Assembly (NCBI GenBank): GCA_030550585.1
Contig: JAUQPB010000001.1
Coordinates: 576,001-640,000 of the forward strand
Direction: 5' to 3'
Length of the DNA: 64,000 nt
Origin: Thermoproteota archaeon
GTDB lineage: Archaea > Thermoproteota > Thermoprotei_A > Sulfolobales > Ignisphaeraceae
The notes under the pieces are model-generated. The model worked only from the letters and a program-made list of their open reading frames with translations. It was not told the DNA's origin and did not search any database. Position numbers and translations under genes: made by a program. This document shows, in pieces, positions 28,993 to 38,048 of the stretch. Position 1 is the stretch's first letter. Every line of letters starts with the position of its first letter.

Positions 28993-30294
28993 ATGTCAAA
29001 TACAAAACTACTTGCAATAACATTTATAGCTGTAATACAGGTAGTACTGTTATTGCTATACGCCTCAAGCGCCTATGCTGAAGCCGCTGGTGTTGCTGTG
29101 TTGTTCCCACCTCCAACACCGGTTAAGGGTGTTAAAACAGCTGATCCGAGCAATCGGTGGACTAGCGTAGATCTTGATAATGCCCAGTTTATGGCTAATC
29201 TGTGGAATCTTGCAACTGGTGCTCAAGGCAGTATGATAATGAATTTTACTGGCTCATATGTGGAGGTTTTTGGGAACTTTACAAATCTTCCAAAATCGGT
29301 AACGGTACAAGGTGGTCCTGGGATTAGATATGGTCAGGGTATATGGGGTGGTCTACCACCTGCACACCCACTATACAACATACCTAAGAAGGTAACTGCA
29401 CTTCCGTATGCAATATTCTTTGCAAACTATACCATATATGAGAAAGAATCTACACTCCCATTAACAGCAGCACTATATCTATGGACTGTAGAAGCTCTTC
29501 GCAGTAGCGGTACTCAGGCAGGGGATGTGCTTGTCATAGTTAGAGTCTATAGGCATCCCGGAGCACCTTTAACAGGAACTCCCCAAGCTCAAGCTAATGT
29601 AACAGCACCGCTCATAGTTAACAACACCCTTGTCTATGGTAACTTCGAGGTATTTGTCGGCAATCTTGATAGATCAGCAAATACACATACAACTGTGGTC
29701 TTCGAGCTTACAGCCCCTATTAGGAGTGGTAGAGTTGGTATACCAGTGCAAGACTACATAGCTCTTGCAGCAAACATTCTAGAGTCTCTAGCACCAAAGG
29801 TTTGGAGCAGAGCAATGGTGCTAAACAACACACTTCAAATGATAGACTTCACAATCGAGTGGTATTCCAACCAACAAGGTGGGGGTGTGTTTAAGTGGAG
29901 GCTATACGAAGTCTCATTCCTTGTGGGGGCAAAGCCCATACTAACAACAGTTACACTAACAAAAACAGCTACATCCACATTAACAACAACCTCCACAATC
30001 GTTAGTACTGTTGTTAATACTGTTCCAACTACGGTTGTATCCACGGTGACCTCCTCCATTCCAACAACAGTAACTTCTATTGTGACAACACCGACAACAG
30101 TTTTAGTGCCTGTGACTACTACTGCTACCACTACAGTTAGATCTGTTGCCACAGTTACGTCCACCACTACGGTTGTATCCACATCGACCTCTCCAATAAC
30201 GCAGACTGTGACCAACTGGTCAACAGCAATAGCCCTAGGAATAGTGTTGCTGATAATCGGGTTTGTAATTGGGTGGGTTGTAAAAAGAAAATAA
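28993..30294 (+). CDS. Surface-anchored GH12-fold protein (archaeal endoglucanase-like), catalytic nucleophile apparently lost
   Basis: NLWN, PGIRYG..W, PKKVTALP, A.YLW, GDVLVIVRVY, IDFTIEW align by eye to GH12 motifs; signal peptide, Thr linker, TM-KRK tail. Confidence 0.65.
   Translation: MSNTKLLAITFIAVIQVVLLLLYASSAYAEAAGVAVLFPPPTPVKGVKTADPSNRWTSVDLDNAQFMANLWNLATGAQGSMIMNFTGSYVEVFGNFTNLPKSVTVQGGPGIRYGQGIWGGLPPAHPLYNIPKKVTALPYAIFFANYTIYEKESTLPLTAALYLWTVEALRSSGTQAGDVLVIVRVYRHPGAPLTGTPQAQANVTAPLIVNNTLVYGNFEVFVGNLDRSANTHTTVVFELTAPIRSGRVGIPVQDYIALAANILESLAPKVWSRAMVLNNTLQMIDFTIEWYSNQQGGGVFKWRLYEVSFLVGAKPILTTVTLTKTATSTLTTTSTIVSTVVNTVPTTVVSTVTSSIPTTVTSIVTTPTTVLVPVTTTATTTVRSVATVTSTTTVVSTSTSPITQTVTNWSTAIALGIVLLIIGFVIGWVVKRK
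29941..30210 (+). repeat. Thr/Val/Ser-rich low-complexity stalk
   Basis: TTVTLTKTATSTLTTT...STSPITQT; ACN/GTN repeats. Confidence 0.8.
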
Positions 30295-30464
30295 ATATTT
30301 TTTAAATTAATATTTCATGTATTTTTGTTCTGTGCATTGGTGTTCCTTTGTGTTGTGCTATACACGTTGAGAGAGCCCTAGTTTTTTTGCTTGGGCATAG
30401 ACATGCAAATTAGTTGCAAGTCTCATGTATGTTTAAATACTAACATTCGGTTTTTGGATTATTT

Positions 30465-31793
30465 ATGAGAGAAGTCGTATATAAGTCTAGGGAAAGGGTT
30501 TTAATAGCTTTAAGACATGAAGAGGCTGATAGGATACCAATTGATTTGGGCTCTACGCATGTATCAACAATAAATCCTTTATCCTACACCAATCTGAGAA
30601 GATACTTGGGCTTCTCCGAAAAGCCTGCTAGGGTTAAGGATGTTGTGGCACAGCTTACTGAGATAGATCTAGATGTTCTACGAGTTTTCCATGTAGATTT
30701 GATAGATGTTAATAGGCACTTGCCTCCATCACCTGGAGAAGAATATTACAGAGATGTGTTCTACCAATGTATGTCCTGTCCATATAGAAACCCCGAAACA
30801 GGCAGGGCTGAGATATTCGAGAACAACTGGAAGATTTGGAGCCATCCACACCACGGATTTTCAGAAGAGGTTCCAGCATGTATTGATATTGTTGAAAAAG
30901 AGAATAACTTATTAATATACCTCTATAAAACTGTTCTAATTGGTGGAGGCCCCAAAACATCCACAACGTTTTCTCCACTTGATGCACATGGAGTCAATCC
31001 TTTGGCTGATGCAAAAAGTGTTGAAGATGTTAAGAAATTTGACTGGGATTTGTTTAAGGTCAGCGACAAATATGTTGACTATCTAAGGAAGAAGGCCGAG
31101 TATCTCTATAAGAATACAGACTATGCATTGGTATATTCTCTAGCTGGTCGCATGCATGCCTGGGCACAGGCACTAAGGGGTTGGACTAGGTGGCTTGCAG
31201 ATCTCCGGCTTAGAAAGGTGTTGGCAGAGGCGGTTCTTGATAACATAATGGATGTGTTGATGTACAATGTAAAGAGGTTTGTAGACGCTTTTGGAGAGTA
31301 TGTCCAGGTTATAGGTTTTGCAGATGACTTGGGGACTGAAGAAGGGCCTCAAATACCTGTTCAGCTCTTTAGGGATATGTATAAACATAGGTATGAAGAA
31401 TTGTTTGGCTATATCAAGAAACATTCTAAGATGTACATATTCTTGCATAGTGATGGAGCTATATTTCCACTCATAAAAGAGTTCATAGATGCTGGACTCG
31501 ATATAATTAACCCCATTCAGCTGTCGGCAAAGGGTATGGATCCCGAAAAGCTTAAGAAGGAATATGGGGAACAAATCACCTTTTGGGGAGGTGGAGCAGA
31601 TGTTCAACGCATTCTACCATTCGCCAACAAGGATGAAGTGGTTCAGCATGTTAAAAACCTTATAAAGATCTTTGCACCCGGTGGAGGTTTCGTGTTTGCG
31701 GCAACACACAATATTCAGCCTCCTACACCACCAGAAAACATAGTAGCAGTGTTTGAGACTGCATACAAATATGGCAAATACCCTATTATCTAA
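30465..31793 (+). CDS. Uroporphyrinogen decarboxylase / MtaA-CmuA superfamily protein
   Basis: SRERVLIAL.HEEADRIPIDLG, DDLG, HSDG, INPIQ, FWGG, GGGFVFAATHNIQ..TPPENI. Confidence 0.85.
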   Translation: MREVVYKSRERVLIALRHEEADRIPIDLGSTHVSTINPLSYTNLRRYLGFSEKPARVKDVVAQLTEIDLDVLRVFHVDLIDVNRHLPPSPGEEYYRDVFYQCMSCPYRNPETGRAEIFENNWKIWSHPHHGFSEEVPACIDIVEKENNLLIYLYKTVLIGGGPKTSTTFSPLDAHGVNPLADAKSVEDVKKFDWDLFKVSDKYVDYLRKKAEYLYKNTDYALVYSLAGRMHAWAQALRGWTRWLADLRLRKVLAEAVLDNIMDVLMYNVKRFVDAFGEYVQVIGFADDLGTEEGPQIPVQLFRDMYKHRYEELFGYIKKHSKMYIFLHSDGAIFPLIKEFIDAGLDIINPIQLSAKGMDPEKLKKEYGEQITFWGGGADVQRILPFANKDEVVQHVKNLIKIFAPGGGFVFAATHNIQPPTPPENIVAVFETAYKYGKYPII

Positions 31794-31987
31794 ACTTTTG
31801 AGGTTCTGGCGAAAAGCAGCTCATATTCAGTATAATGAATTTATCTTTGTCTTCAGCGGAAATGTATCGTGAAGACGGTTGTAGACATTGCTCCTCTCTA
31901 ACTTAACTATAGTATGTGTTACCACTCTGTTGCACCATAATTTTTTTTAAGATGCTATCCAATAGTATATTCTCACGGTCATTGAGT

Positions 31988-33478
31988 ATGTCTGGTCACA
32001 AACTACATCTAAGAAAATTCATAACCCATGAAGAAGTTGGTATGGGGCAAAATCAGTTTAGGTGCTTTTATCTAGCGTTCCATCCAGTAAATGGTTCGCT
32101 GGTTGTACATGAGGGGCACTCAGGAAGAGTTTACATGGATGGAAGGCTCATCTATGGGTATGAACTGGTTGGCAAACCTCCAAGAGCTGGGGGAGACACC
32201 CACGGGGCTATCACATGGAATAGAGACTATGTCTTCTTTGGCGGTTGGGTGAAGGCGCCTCCAGGGCTTTTGATTGCAAGTGATAGAACCTTGGCTAAAC
32301 AGGATATGAGGGAGAAGTATAGTCATATACATGCTATTGATGATGGTGGTAGGGTGGAGCTTATATGGTCTAGGAAATGGGATGATAAACTCCCTCCAAA
32401 TCACTGGTATGGGGAGGTGACAGATCTTCTTTATGATGGGCATGAGGATGCAATCTATTTTACGAGAGCCGATGGATATGCAGAGCTTGGTCTCTGGAGA
32501 ATAAACGTGTCGAGTAGAAGAGCCGAGTGGATTGTTCGAAACAGAACTGTTTACAAGATGGAAATGAAGGACGACAAGATATTTGCCACCTTATTTAACC
32601 CTGCTCACATGGAGAAATCGGCTATTGTAGTTTTCGACACCTTGAGAAATGAAACTAGAATTGTAGAGGAATTCAACTTTGCTTTAGAGCCTGGAAGAAA
32701 AGTTTCTATGTATCGCGATGGCGGTCAGATAGTCCAATTACAGAATAGATTGATAGCATTTTACGGAGGTTCTATGATAGTTGTTGATCCCTATAGAGAT
32801 AGCTACACCTTGTATCCATTTCTAGAGGTAGCAGGTTCGAAGGAAAATGCTGTTATACCCAACCCAGAAAGACCCCTATATATACCCGGGCTAAGAACAC
32901 AGAAAATATATCCAATGGGGGTTCCAGTAATCGCTGCAAACCCATATGAGGGCTCTACAGAGCCGTTCCACAAAACAACATTCGGAATGATATTGAGAAT
33001 AGATTCTGTATCGCCACAGATAATATCATCTGCAGGATTCATATCAGGTATAGCAACAGATGGAGAATATGCATACTTTGGAGCATCATATGCTAACCAC
33101 TGCCCACATTACACATATAGAACAGGCGATGGAGGCATATTTGCAGTACCAATAAAAGATCTGTTCGCAAAGCCGTGGAATCCCATAAGACTATGGATAT
33201 ACGATGGAATGTACAGCCAAGAATCGTCAGGGTTATTCGGATGGTTTGGAGGCATACCACTAAAAGGCTTTGAAAAGAAGATTCTTAGAATATACACATC
33301 AAAAGAAGCAAAGATTAGAATAGCGGAATACACAATGCTAGGCATAAGCATAGAAGAAGATGTTGCAGTGAAAACGGGTTGGAACACAATATCACTTGAA
33401 AACCACTATGACATAGTAGCATTCAAGATCCTAGAAAATGTTGATAAAATCCTTGCCGAAATAATTTTAGAGCCGTAG
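31988..33478 (+). CDS. DUF2139-family crenarchaeal protein (probable beta-propeller)
   Basis: YELVGKPPRAGGDT, FFGGWV.AP, KYSHIH, WYGEVTDLLYD, RADG motifs; ATG 31988 preferred. Confidence 0.7.
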   Translation: MSGHKLHLRKFITHEEVGMGQNQFRCFYLAFHPVNGSLVVHEGHSGRVYMDGRLIYGYELVGKPPRAGGDTHGAITWNRDYVFFGGWVKAPPGLLIASDRTLAKQDMREKYSHIHAIDDGGRVELIWSRKWDDKLPPNHWYGEVTDLLYDGHEDAIYFTRADGYAELGLWRINVSSRRAEWIVRNRTVYKMEMKDDKIFATLFNPAHMEKSAIVVFDTLRNETRIVEEFNFALEPGRKVSMYRDGGQIVQLQNRLIAFYGGSMIVVDPYRDSYTLYPFLEVAGSKENAVIPNPERPLYIPGLRTQKIYPMGVPVIAANPYEGSTEPFHKTTFGMILRIDSVSPQIISSAGFISGIATDGEYAYFGASYANHCPHYTYRTGDGGIFAVPIKDLFAKPWNPIRLWIYDGMYSQESSGLFGWFGGIPLKGFEKKILRIYTSKEAKIRIAEYTMLGISIEEDVAVKTGWNTISLENHYDIVAFKILENVDKILAEIILEP

Positions 33479-33773
33479 GCAACATTTAAAACACAATCGT
33501 TTCTTGCATTTCCATTTTTTATAAAAATCGTAGGAGGTCAAAACTCTCTATCAGCAATCTCAAAGCTTCTGAAAGAAGTATAGGAACTTGTATGAGCAAC
33601 TTCAGATGAGGTCGTAGATAGCATAGCTTTTATACTTTAGCATACATCCAAAAACCTTTGTCTCTATAACAACTTATTGTCAGTTAATATTTTATTTAAA
33701 GTTTTTATAGATAGGTATATAACAATAGGTTTATAAAGTAAAGAATGGCATCAAAATATGAGGAGGGTAATGT

Positions 33774-36317
33774 ATGACAAACACAAAAATGAGTATTTCA
33801 GCATTGGCAGCATTATTGATCATCATAATGTCTATTGTATCTGGTGTGGCAGGATATTTGATAGGCTCCTCAAAATCTTCGACCATGACTCAAACCTATG
33901 TTTACACATCGATAATTTCAAATACAATAGAGGTGCCAACAACCATAACCGTTCCTACAACAATTCCTACAACACTGTCGTTACCGCCCTCCACAGTTAT
34001 AATACCTTACACAACAACAATATCAAGTGTCATGCCCACAACTGTTTTTACTACTACAACTACGATTAGCACTATTACAATGAGGAGCACTATTACAGTC
34101 ACAGTGACGGGTCAGCCTATGACTATACCAACTGGCGATAGACTATTCCCATTTTACTTTCCTTGGAACGATGCAATGCAAACAGATATAAGCTTAGCTA
34201 CATATATAGACAAGCCCGCCGGTAAATACGGGCCTGTTACTGTTGGGTCTGATGGTCATTTGTATGTTGGTGGTAAGAGGATTAGGTTCTTGGGCGTTAG
34301 TGTTGTAGCTACCGGCGCGTTTCCATCGAAAGAAGAGGCTGACATTATAGCAGCTAGACTGGCAAAATATGGTATAAATCTTGTTAGATTCCATGCCATA
34401 GACGCTAATTGGGAGCCTAACAACAACATATTCTCGCCTCCAGGAACAAGACAACTGAATTTGAAGAACTTAGACAGAATGGACTATTTTATTGCCGCTC
34501 TAAAAAGAAATGGAATATACATTGACCTCAATCTTATGTGTTATAGACAATTCTCTTCAGCCGATGGGTTGCCGAGCGAGGTAAATACAATGCAGGTTAA
34601 GGATCAGCATCTCCTACCATTCTTCTATGATCCTGCTAGGCAGCTTGTAAAGGAGTTTGCAAGGCAGTTGCTGACGCATGTGAATCCGTATACGGGCTTG
34701 TCGTATGCTGATGACCCTGCAGTAGCCTTTATAGAGATCTTGAATGAGTATGGAATGACATTTGGTTGGTTTGATGGCGCTGTTGACAGGCTTCCACAGG
34801 TCTTTAGAAATGCCTTGAGAGAGAAGTGGAATGAATTTCTAATAAGCAAGTATGGCACAACAGAAAATCTTGCCAAGGCATGGGGAAAAAGCCTTTTACC
34901 TGGCGAGAGTCTAGAGAACAAAACAGTTGATGTATTCAACTATGCAGACATTATGATAAAAAGACCTACTCTTCAAGCAAGGCTTGACTGGGCTGAGTTT
35001 CTATGGCAGCTCGACTACGACTATTTTATGGATATGTACAGTTTTTTGAAGAATGAGTTGAAGGTTAAGGCTGTTGTTATTGGTACGCAGTCTGCTTGGG
35101 GTGGGCTGCCGAATGTTATGGCTCGGCTTGATGCTGTTGATTCTCATCATTATTGGAGGTATCCTGAGGGTAGTGGCAGTATTTGGTATGTTGTGAACGA
35201 CCCTATGGTGAACAATCCAACCTTTAACACAATGTCCCAGCTAGCATTTAGAAGCGTATATGGAAAGCCATTTACTGTCAGCGAGTATAACCACCCAGCA
35301 CCAAACATGTATAGAGCCGAAGGATTTGCATTCCTACCAGCTTTCGCAGCATTCCAAGACTGGGACGCCATAATGCCATACAACTACGGCCCGTGGACCT
35401 CAAGACAGATGGCGCTTGCTAGCTGGAACTCAGGAAGAATGAGAGGAACACTAGACTTTGATCAAGACCCTGTTAGATGGGCTCTAATGCTAACATCATA
35501 CTTCCTATTTGTTAGAGGAGATGTAAGCCCAGCAAAACAACTTGTAGTTGCCGAAATGACGAAATCTAAGGAGCTGGATCTAGTAGCAAATAGGGTTGCA
35601 AGTGTCTGGAATCTTCCAAACGCTGGACAACTAAATGTTCCATACTATGTCCCACTAATACACGGATTCAGAATGATTGTAGATAATACCACCCTACCGA
35701 CAGACGCTCTTTCACCAGAGGATGTAGCACCTCCAACAGATAATGTTATTAGGTCTGATACTGGAGAGCTTGTATGGGATTGCAGCATTCCCAATAGATG
35801 TGTGTTTATTGTTAATACGAGTAAGAGTATTGTTTTGACGGGTTATGTGAGTGGGAGGAGATTCGACTTTGGAGCAGTATCTATAGAGGTTGGAGACACT
35901 CTACTAGATGGCTGGGCAACAATAGCTCTACACGTTCTAGATGGCAATAGCTTCCAAGACGCAAAAAGAATACTTGTCATAGCCATTGGAACAGGATTCA
36001 ACAACAACATGCCCATATACAACTACGACAACAGACAACTACTATTCAGAACATCAACAAACCTAACAAAAGACCAGCTAGCTAGTTTATATAGAATGAG
36101 AATATCCACATTTGATAATTGGGGCTCGGCTCCAACCATTGTAGAGGGTATTGAGGCTAACATAACTATCAAGACCAATAAAAATGTTATATGCTGGGCT
36201 CTAGACAATATAGGCGAAAAGGCTGGAACACTAAGCCCAATTAGATCTGGAGATCAATGGAATATAAAAATATTGCCGACATATAGAACACTATTATATG
36301 AAATATTAGTATATTAA
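33774..36317 (+). CDS. Membrane-anchored clan GH-A glycoside hydrolase (GH5/GH148-like beta-glycanase)
   Basis: N-terminal TM + Thr linker; RIRFLGV, GINLVRFH, GIYIDLNL, HVNPYTG.SYADDPAV..IEILNE (E325), KPFTVSEY (E504), QDWD. Confidence 0.8.
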   Translation: MTNTKMSISALAALLIIIMSIVSGVAGYLIGSSKSSTMTQTYVYTSIISNTIEVPTTITVPTTIPTTLSLPPSTVIIPYTTTISSVMPTTVFTTTTTISTITMRSTITVTVTGQPMTIPTGDRLFPFYFPWNDAMQTDISLATYIDKPAGKYGPVTVGSDGHLYVGGKRIRFLGVSVVATGAFPSKEEADIIAARLAKYGINLVRFHAIDANWEPNNNIFSPPGTRQLNLKNLDRMDYFIAALKRNGIYIDLNLMCYRQFSSADGLPSEVNTMQVKDQHLLPFFYDPARQLVKEFARQLLTHVNPYTGLSYADDPAVAFIEILNEYGMTFGWFDGAVDRLPQVFRNALREKWNEFLISKYGTTENLAKAWGKSLLPGESLENKTVDVFNYADIMIKRPTLQARLDWAEFLWQLDYDYFMDMYSFLKNELKVKAVVIGTQSAWGGLPNVMARLDAVDSHHYWRYPEGSGSIWYVVNDPMVNNPTFNTMSQLAFRSVYGKPFTVSEYNHPAPNMYRAEGFAFLPAFAAFQDWDAIMPYNYGPWTSRQMALASWNSGRMRGTLDFDQDPVRWALMLTSYFLFVRGDVSPAKQLVVAEMTKSKELDLVANRVASVWNLPNAGQLNVPYYVPLIHGFRMIVDNTTLPTDALSPEDVAPPTDNVIRSDTGELVWDCSIPNRCVFIVNTSKSIVLTGYVSGRRFDFGAVSIEVGDTLLDGWATIALHVLDGNSFQDAKRILVIAIGTGFNNNMPIYNYDNRQLLFRTSTNLTKDQLASLYRMRISTFDNWGSAPTIVEGIEANITIKTNKNVICWALDNIGEKAGTLSPIRSGDQWNIKILPTYRTLLYEILVY

Positions 36318-36359
36318 ACATTACTCTTTTTTAAGATCTTAGCCTACTTCTTCAAAACT

Positions 36360-37616
36360 TTACGACCTCATCATCAGATATGCCATTATCTTTGCATCCT
36401 CAATCAAGTTGTTTATATTGCTATACTCGTTTGGCATGTGAGCAGTATTGTCTATTGTTGCCCATGCAACAGCTGGTATACCCAGTTTCCTGAAGCTGGA
36501 CGCCAATGTTCCACCTCCTATCCCTCCAATAACCGGCTCTACACCTCTCAGCTCTTTTAGTGCTTGAATCAATGTTTTTACTATTGGAGAGTCTGCTGAT
36601 GTTGGTGGTGGAGAGTCGAATCGATTTATGACCTCAATCTCTATCTCTGGATACACATTCTTTTCGACCTCTTTTAAAAACACCTCCCTTACAGTAGAGG
36701 CAACGTTTTTGAAGCTCTTTAGAAGTTCGTCAACGGGATACTCGGGCAATATTCTGCAGTCTATAACAACTTCGTGTTCTCCTGGAATAATGTTTGGTGA
36801 TCCGGCTGTGTTTCTAGCCATTGTCGGTTCACAAGTTGTGTATGGAGGGTCGAATAAGGGGTTTTCTGATCCAAATCTATTGGCTATAAGGATGTTCACT
36901 AAGTGCAGAAACTCTATAGCAACTTTATGTGGGTTAACACCTCTATGTGGAGTACTAGCATGTACTTGAAGGCCCTTGAACCTGATTTTTAGCCATAGAA
37001 TGCTCTTTTCAGCAATCTCTATGAACCTCCCATCGCTTTTCCCATAGTCTGGAACCAGAGCAACATCGTTTTTGTTGAAAAGCTCTGGATAGTTACTGAC
37101 AATGTATTCCATTCCATATCTAGAGCCAGCCTCTTCATCGCTAACAAATGCAAGTACAATGGTTCTCCTAGGCTTGGCCCCAGCATCGATAACAGCTTTT
37201 GCTGCTAGAAGAGATGACACTATCGCCTGTCCATTATCTTCAGCGCCTCTTCCATAAACCCTTCCACCAATAAACCTAGGCTCAAAAGGTTTTGTAATGG
37301 TCCACGCATTTAGATTCCCAGGTGGTACAACATCTAAGTGTGACACTATCCAAAGTTTTTCGCTGGTCTCACCCCTAATAAAGACCAGTATGTTTGGTCT
37401 AACACCATTTTTAGCCCTAGAATCATTCACATAGATTGTCTTAACCTCGCCAAGACCCCAGTTCTTGACAGTTTCGAGAATATACATAGCTTTATCATAT
37501 TCGCCTTCACCACCATAATCAGGGTTCACACCCCCCTTCGATATAATGTCCATCAAAAGCTTTACAGCATATTCGCGCATTCCGTCAATTCTATTCAAAA
37601 TATCTTTGAGCATCAT
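36360..37616 (-). CDS. M20 family metallohydrolase (DapE/ArgE-like)
   Basis: SHLDVVPPG, GRGAEDN, DEEAG, HASTP, GGGT, AHMPNE. Confidence 0.9.
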   Translation of the reverse strand: MMLKDILNRIDGMREYAVKLLMDIISKGGVNPDYGGEGEYDKAMYILETVKNWGLGEVKTIYVNDSRAKNGVRPNILVFIRGETSEKLWIVSHLDVVPPGNLNAWTITKPFEPRFIGGRVYGRGAEDNGQAIVSSLLAAKAVIDAGAKPRRTIVLAFVSDEEAGSRYGMEYIVSNYPELFNKNDVALVPDYGKSDGRFIEIAEKSILWLKIRFKGLQVHASTPHRGVNPHKVAIEFLHLVNILIANRFGSENPLFDPPYTTCEPTMARNTAGSPNIIPGEHEVVIDCRILPEYPVDELLKSFKNVASTVREVFLKEVEKNVYPEIEIEVINRFDSPPPTSADSPIVKTLIQALKELRGVEPVIGGIGGGTLASSFRKLGIPAVAWATIDNTAHMPNEYSNINNLIEDAKIMAYLMMRS

Positions 37617-37906
37617 TTACTTCACCAGCTATCAATCTACGACAAACTTTCTAAACCCTTTCTAAATGCTTATGAAGTTTGGGTAAAACAAAAACTTTGT
37701 TGAAATCAAATAGACTATATTCTCAAATTCGTCTTAAATGTTTCAATGGTGCTCTAGAGCTTTAAACACTGTTTGTAGCTTGTTGGCTCATATGCTCTTT
37801 CATCTATAGACATGCAATGCTAAATTTATGCGAAATTCTTGTGTGCATAAGCATAAGAGTATATAAAGGCTGGGAGGCAATGACTATTATCTGGATGAAA
37901 TTTGGA

Positions 37907-38043
37907 GGGCCCGTAGCTCAGCTAGGTAGAGCGGCGGGCTCCAGCTAGACTCTATGGGTCTGTCGACCGTATGGGATGAGAGGAGGCTGGAGCGTTGAGG
38001 GGAGACCCGTAGGTCGGGGGTTCAAATCCCCCCGGGCCCACCA
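37907..38043 (+). tRNA. tRNA-Trp(CCA) with a 60-nt intron (37945-38004) at the canonical 37/38 position
   Basis: GGGCCCG/CGGGCCC acceptor, GCGGG-CT-CCA-G^A-CCCGT anticodon arm, BHB-like helix CTCC/GGGG, TTCAAAT, ACCA. Confidence 0.95.
37945..38004 (+). ncRNA. Intron-encoded box C/D guide RNA predicted to direct Cm34 and Cm39 of pre-tRNA-Trp
   Basis: Guide TATGGGTCT + D' TCGA (37963-66); C' GGGATGA (37973-79); guide GGCTGGAGC + D TTGA (37995-98); N+5 rule hits C39 and C34. Confidence 0.8.
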
Positions 38044-38048
38044 CCTAC

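Noticed and set aside
33530-33640. Possible gene relic after GGAGGT (SLSAISKLLKEV*ELV*...)
   Set aside because: Too short, no start codon and no recognisable family
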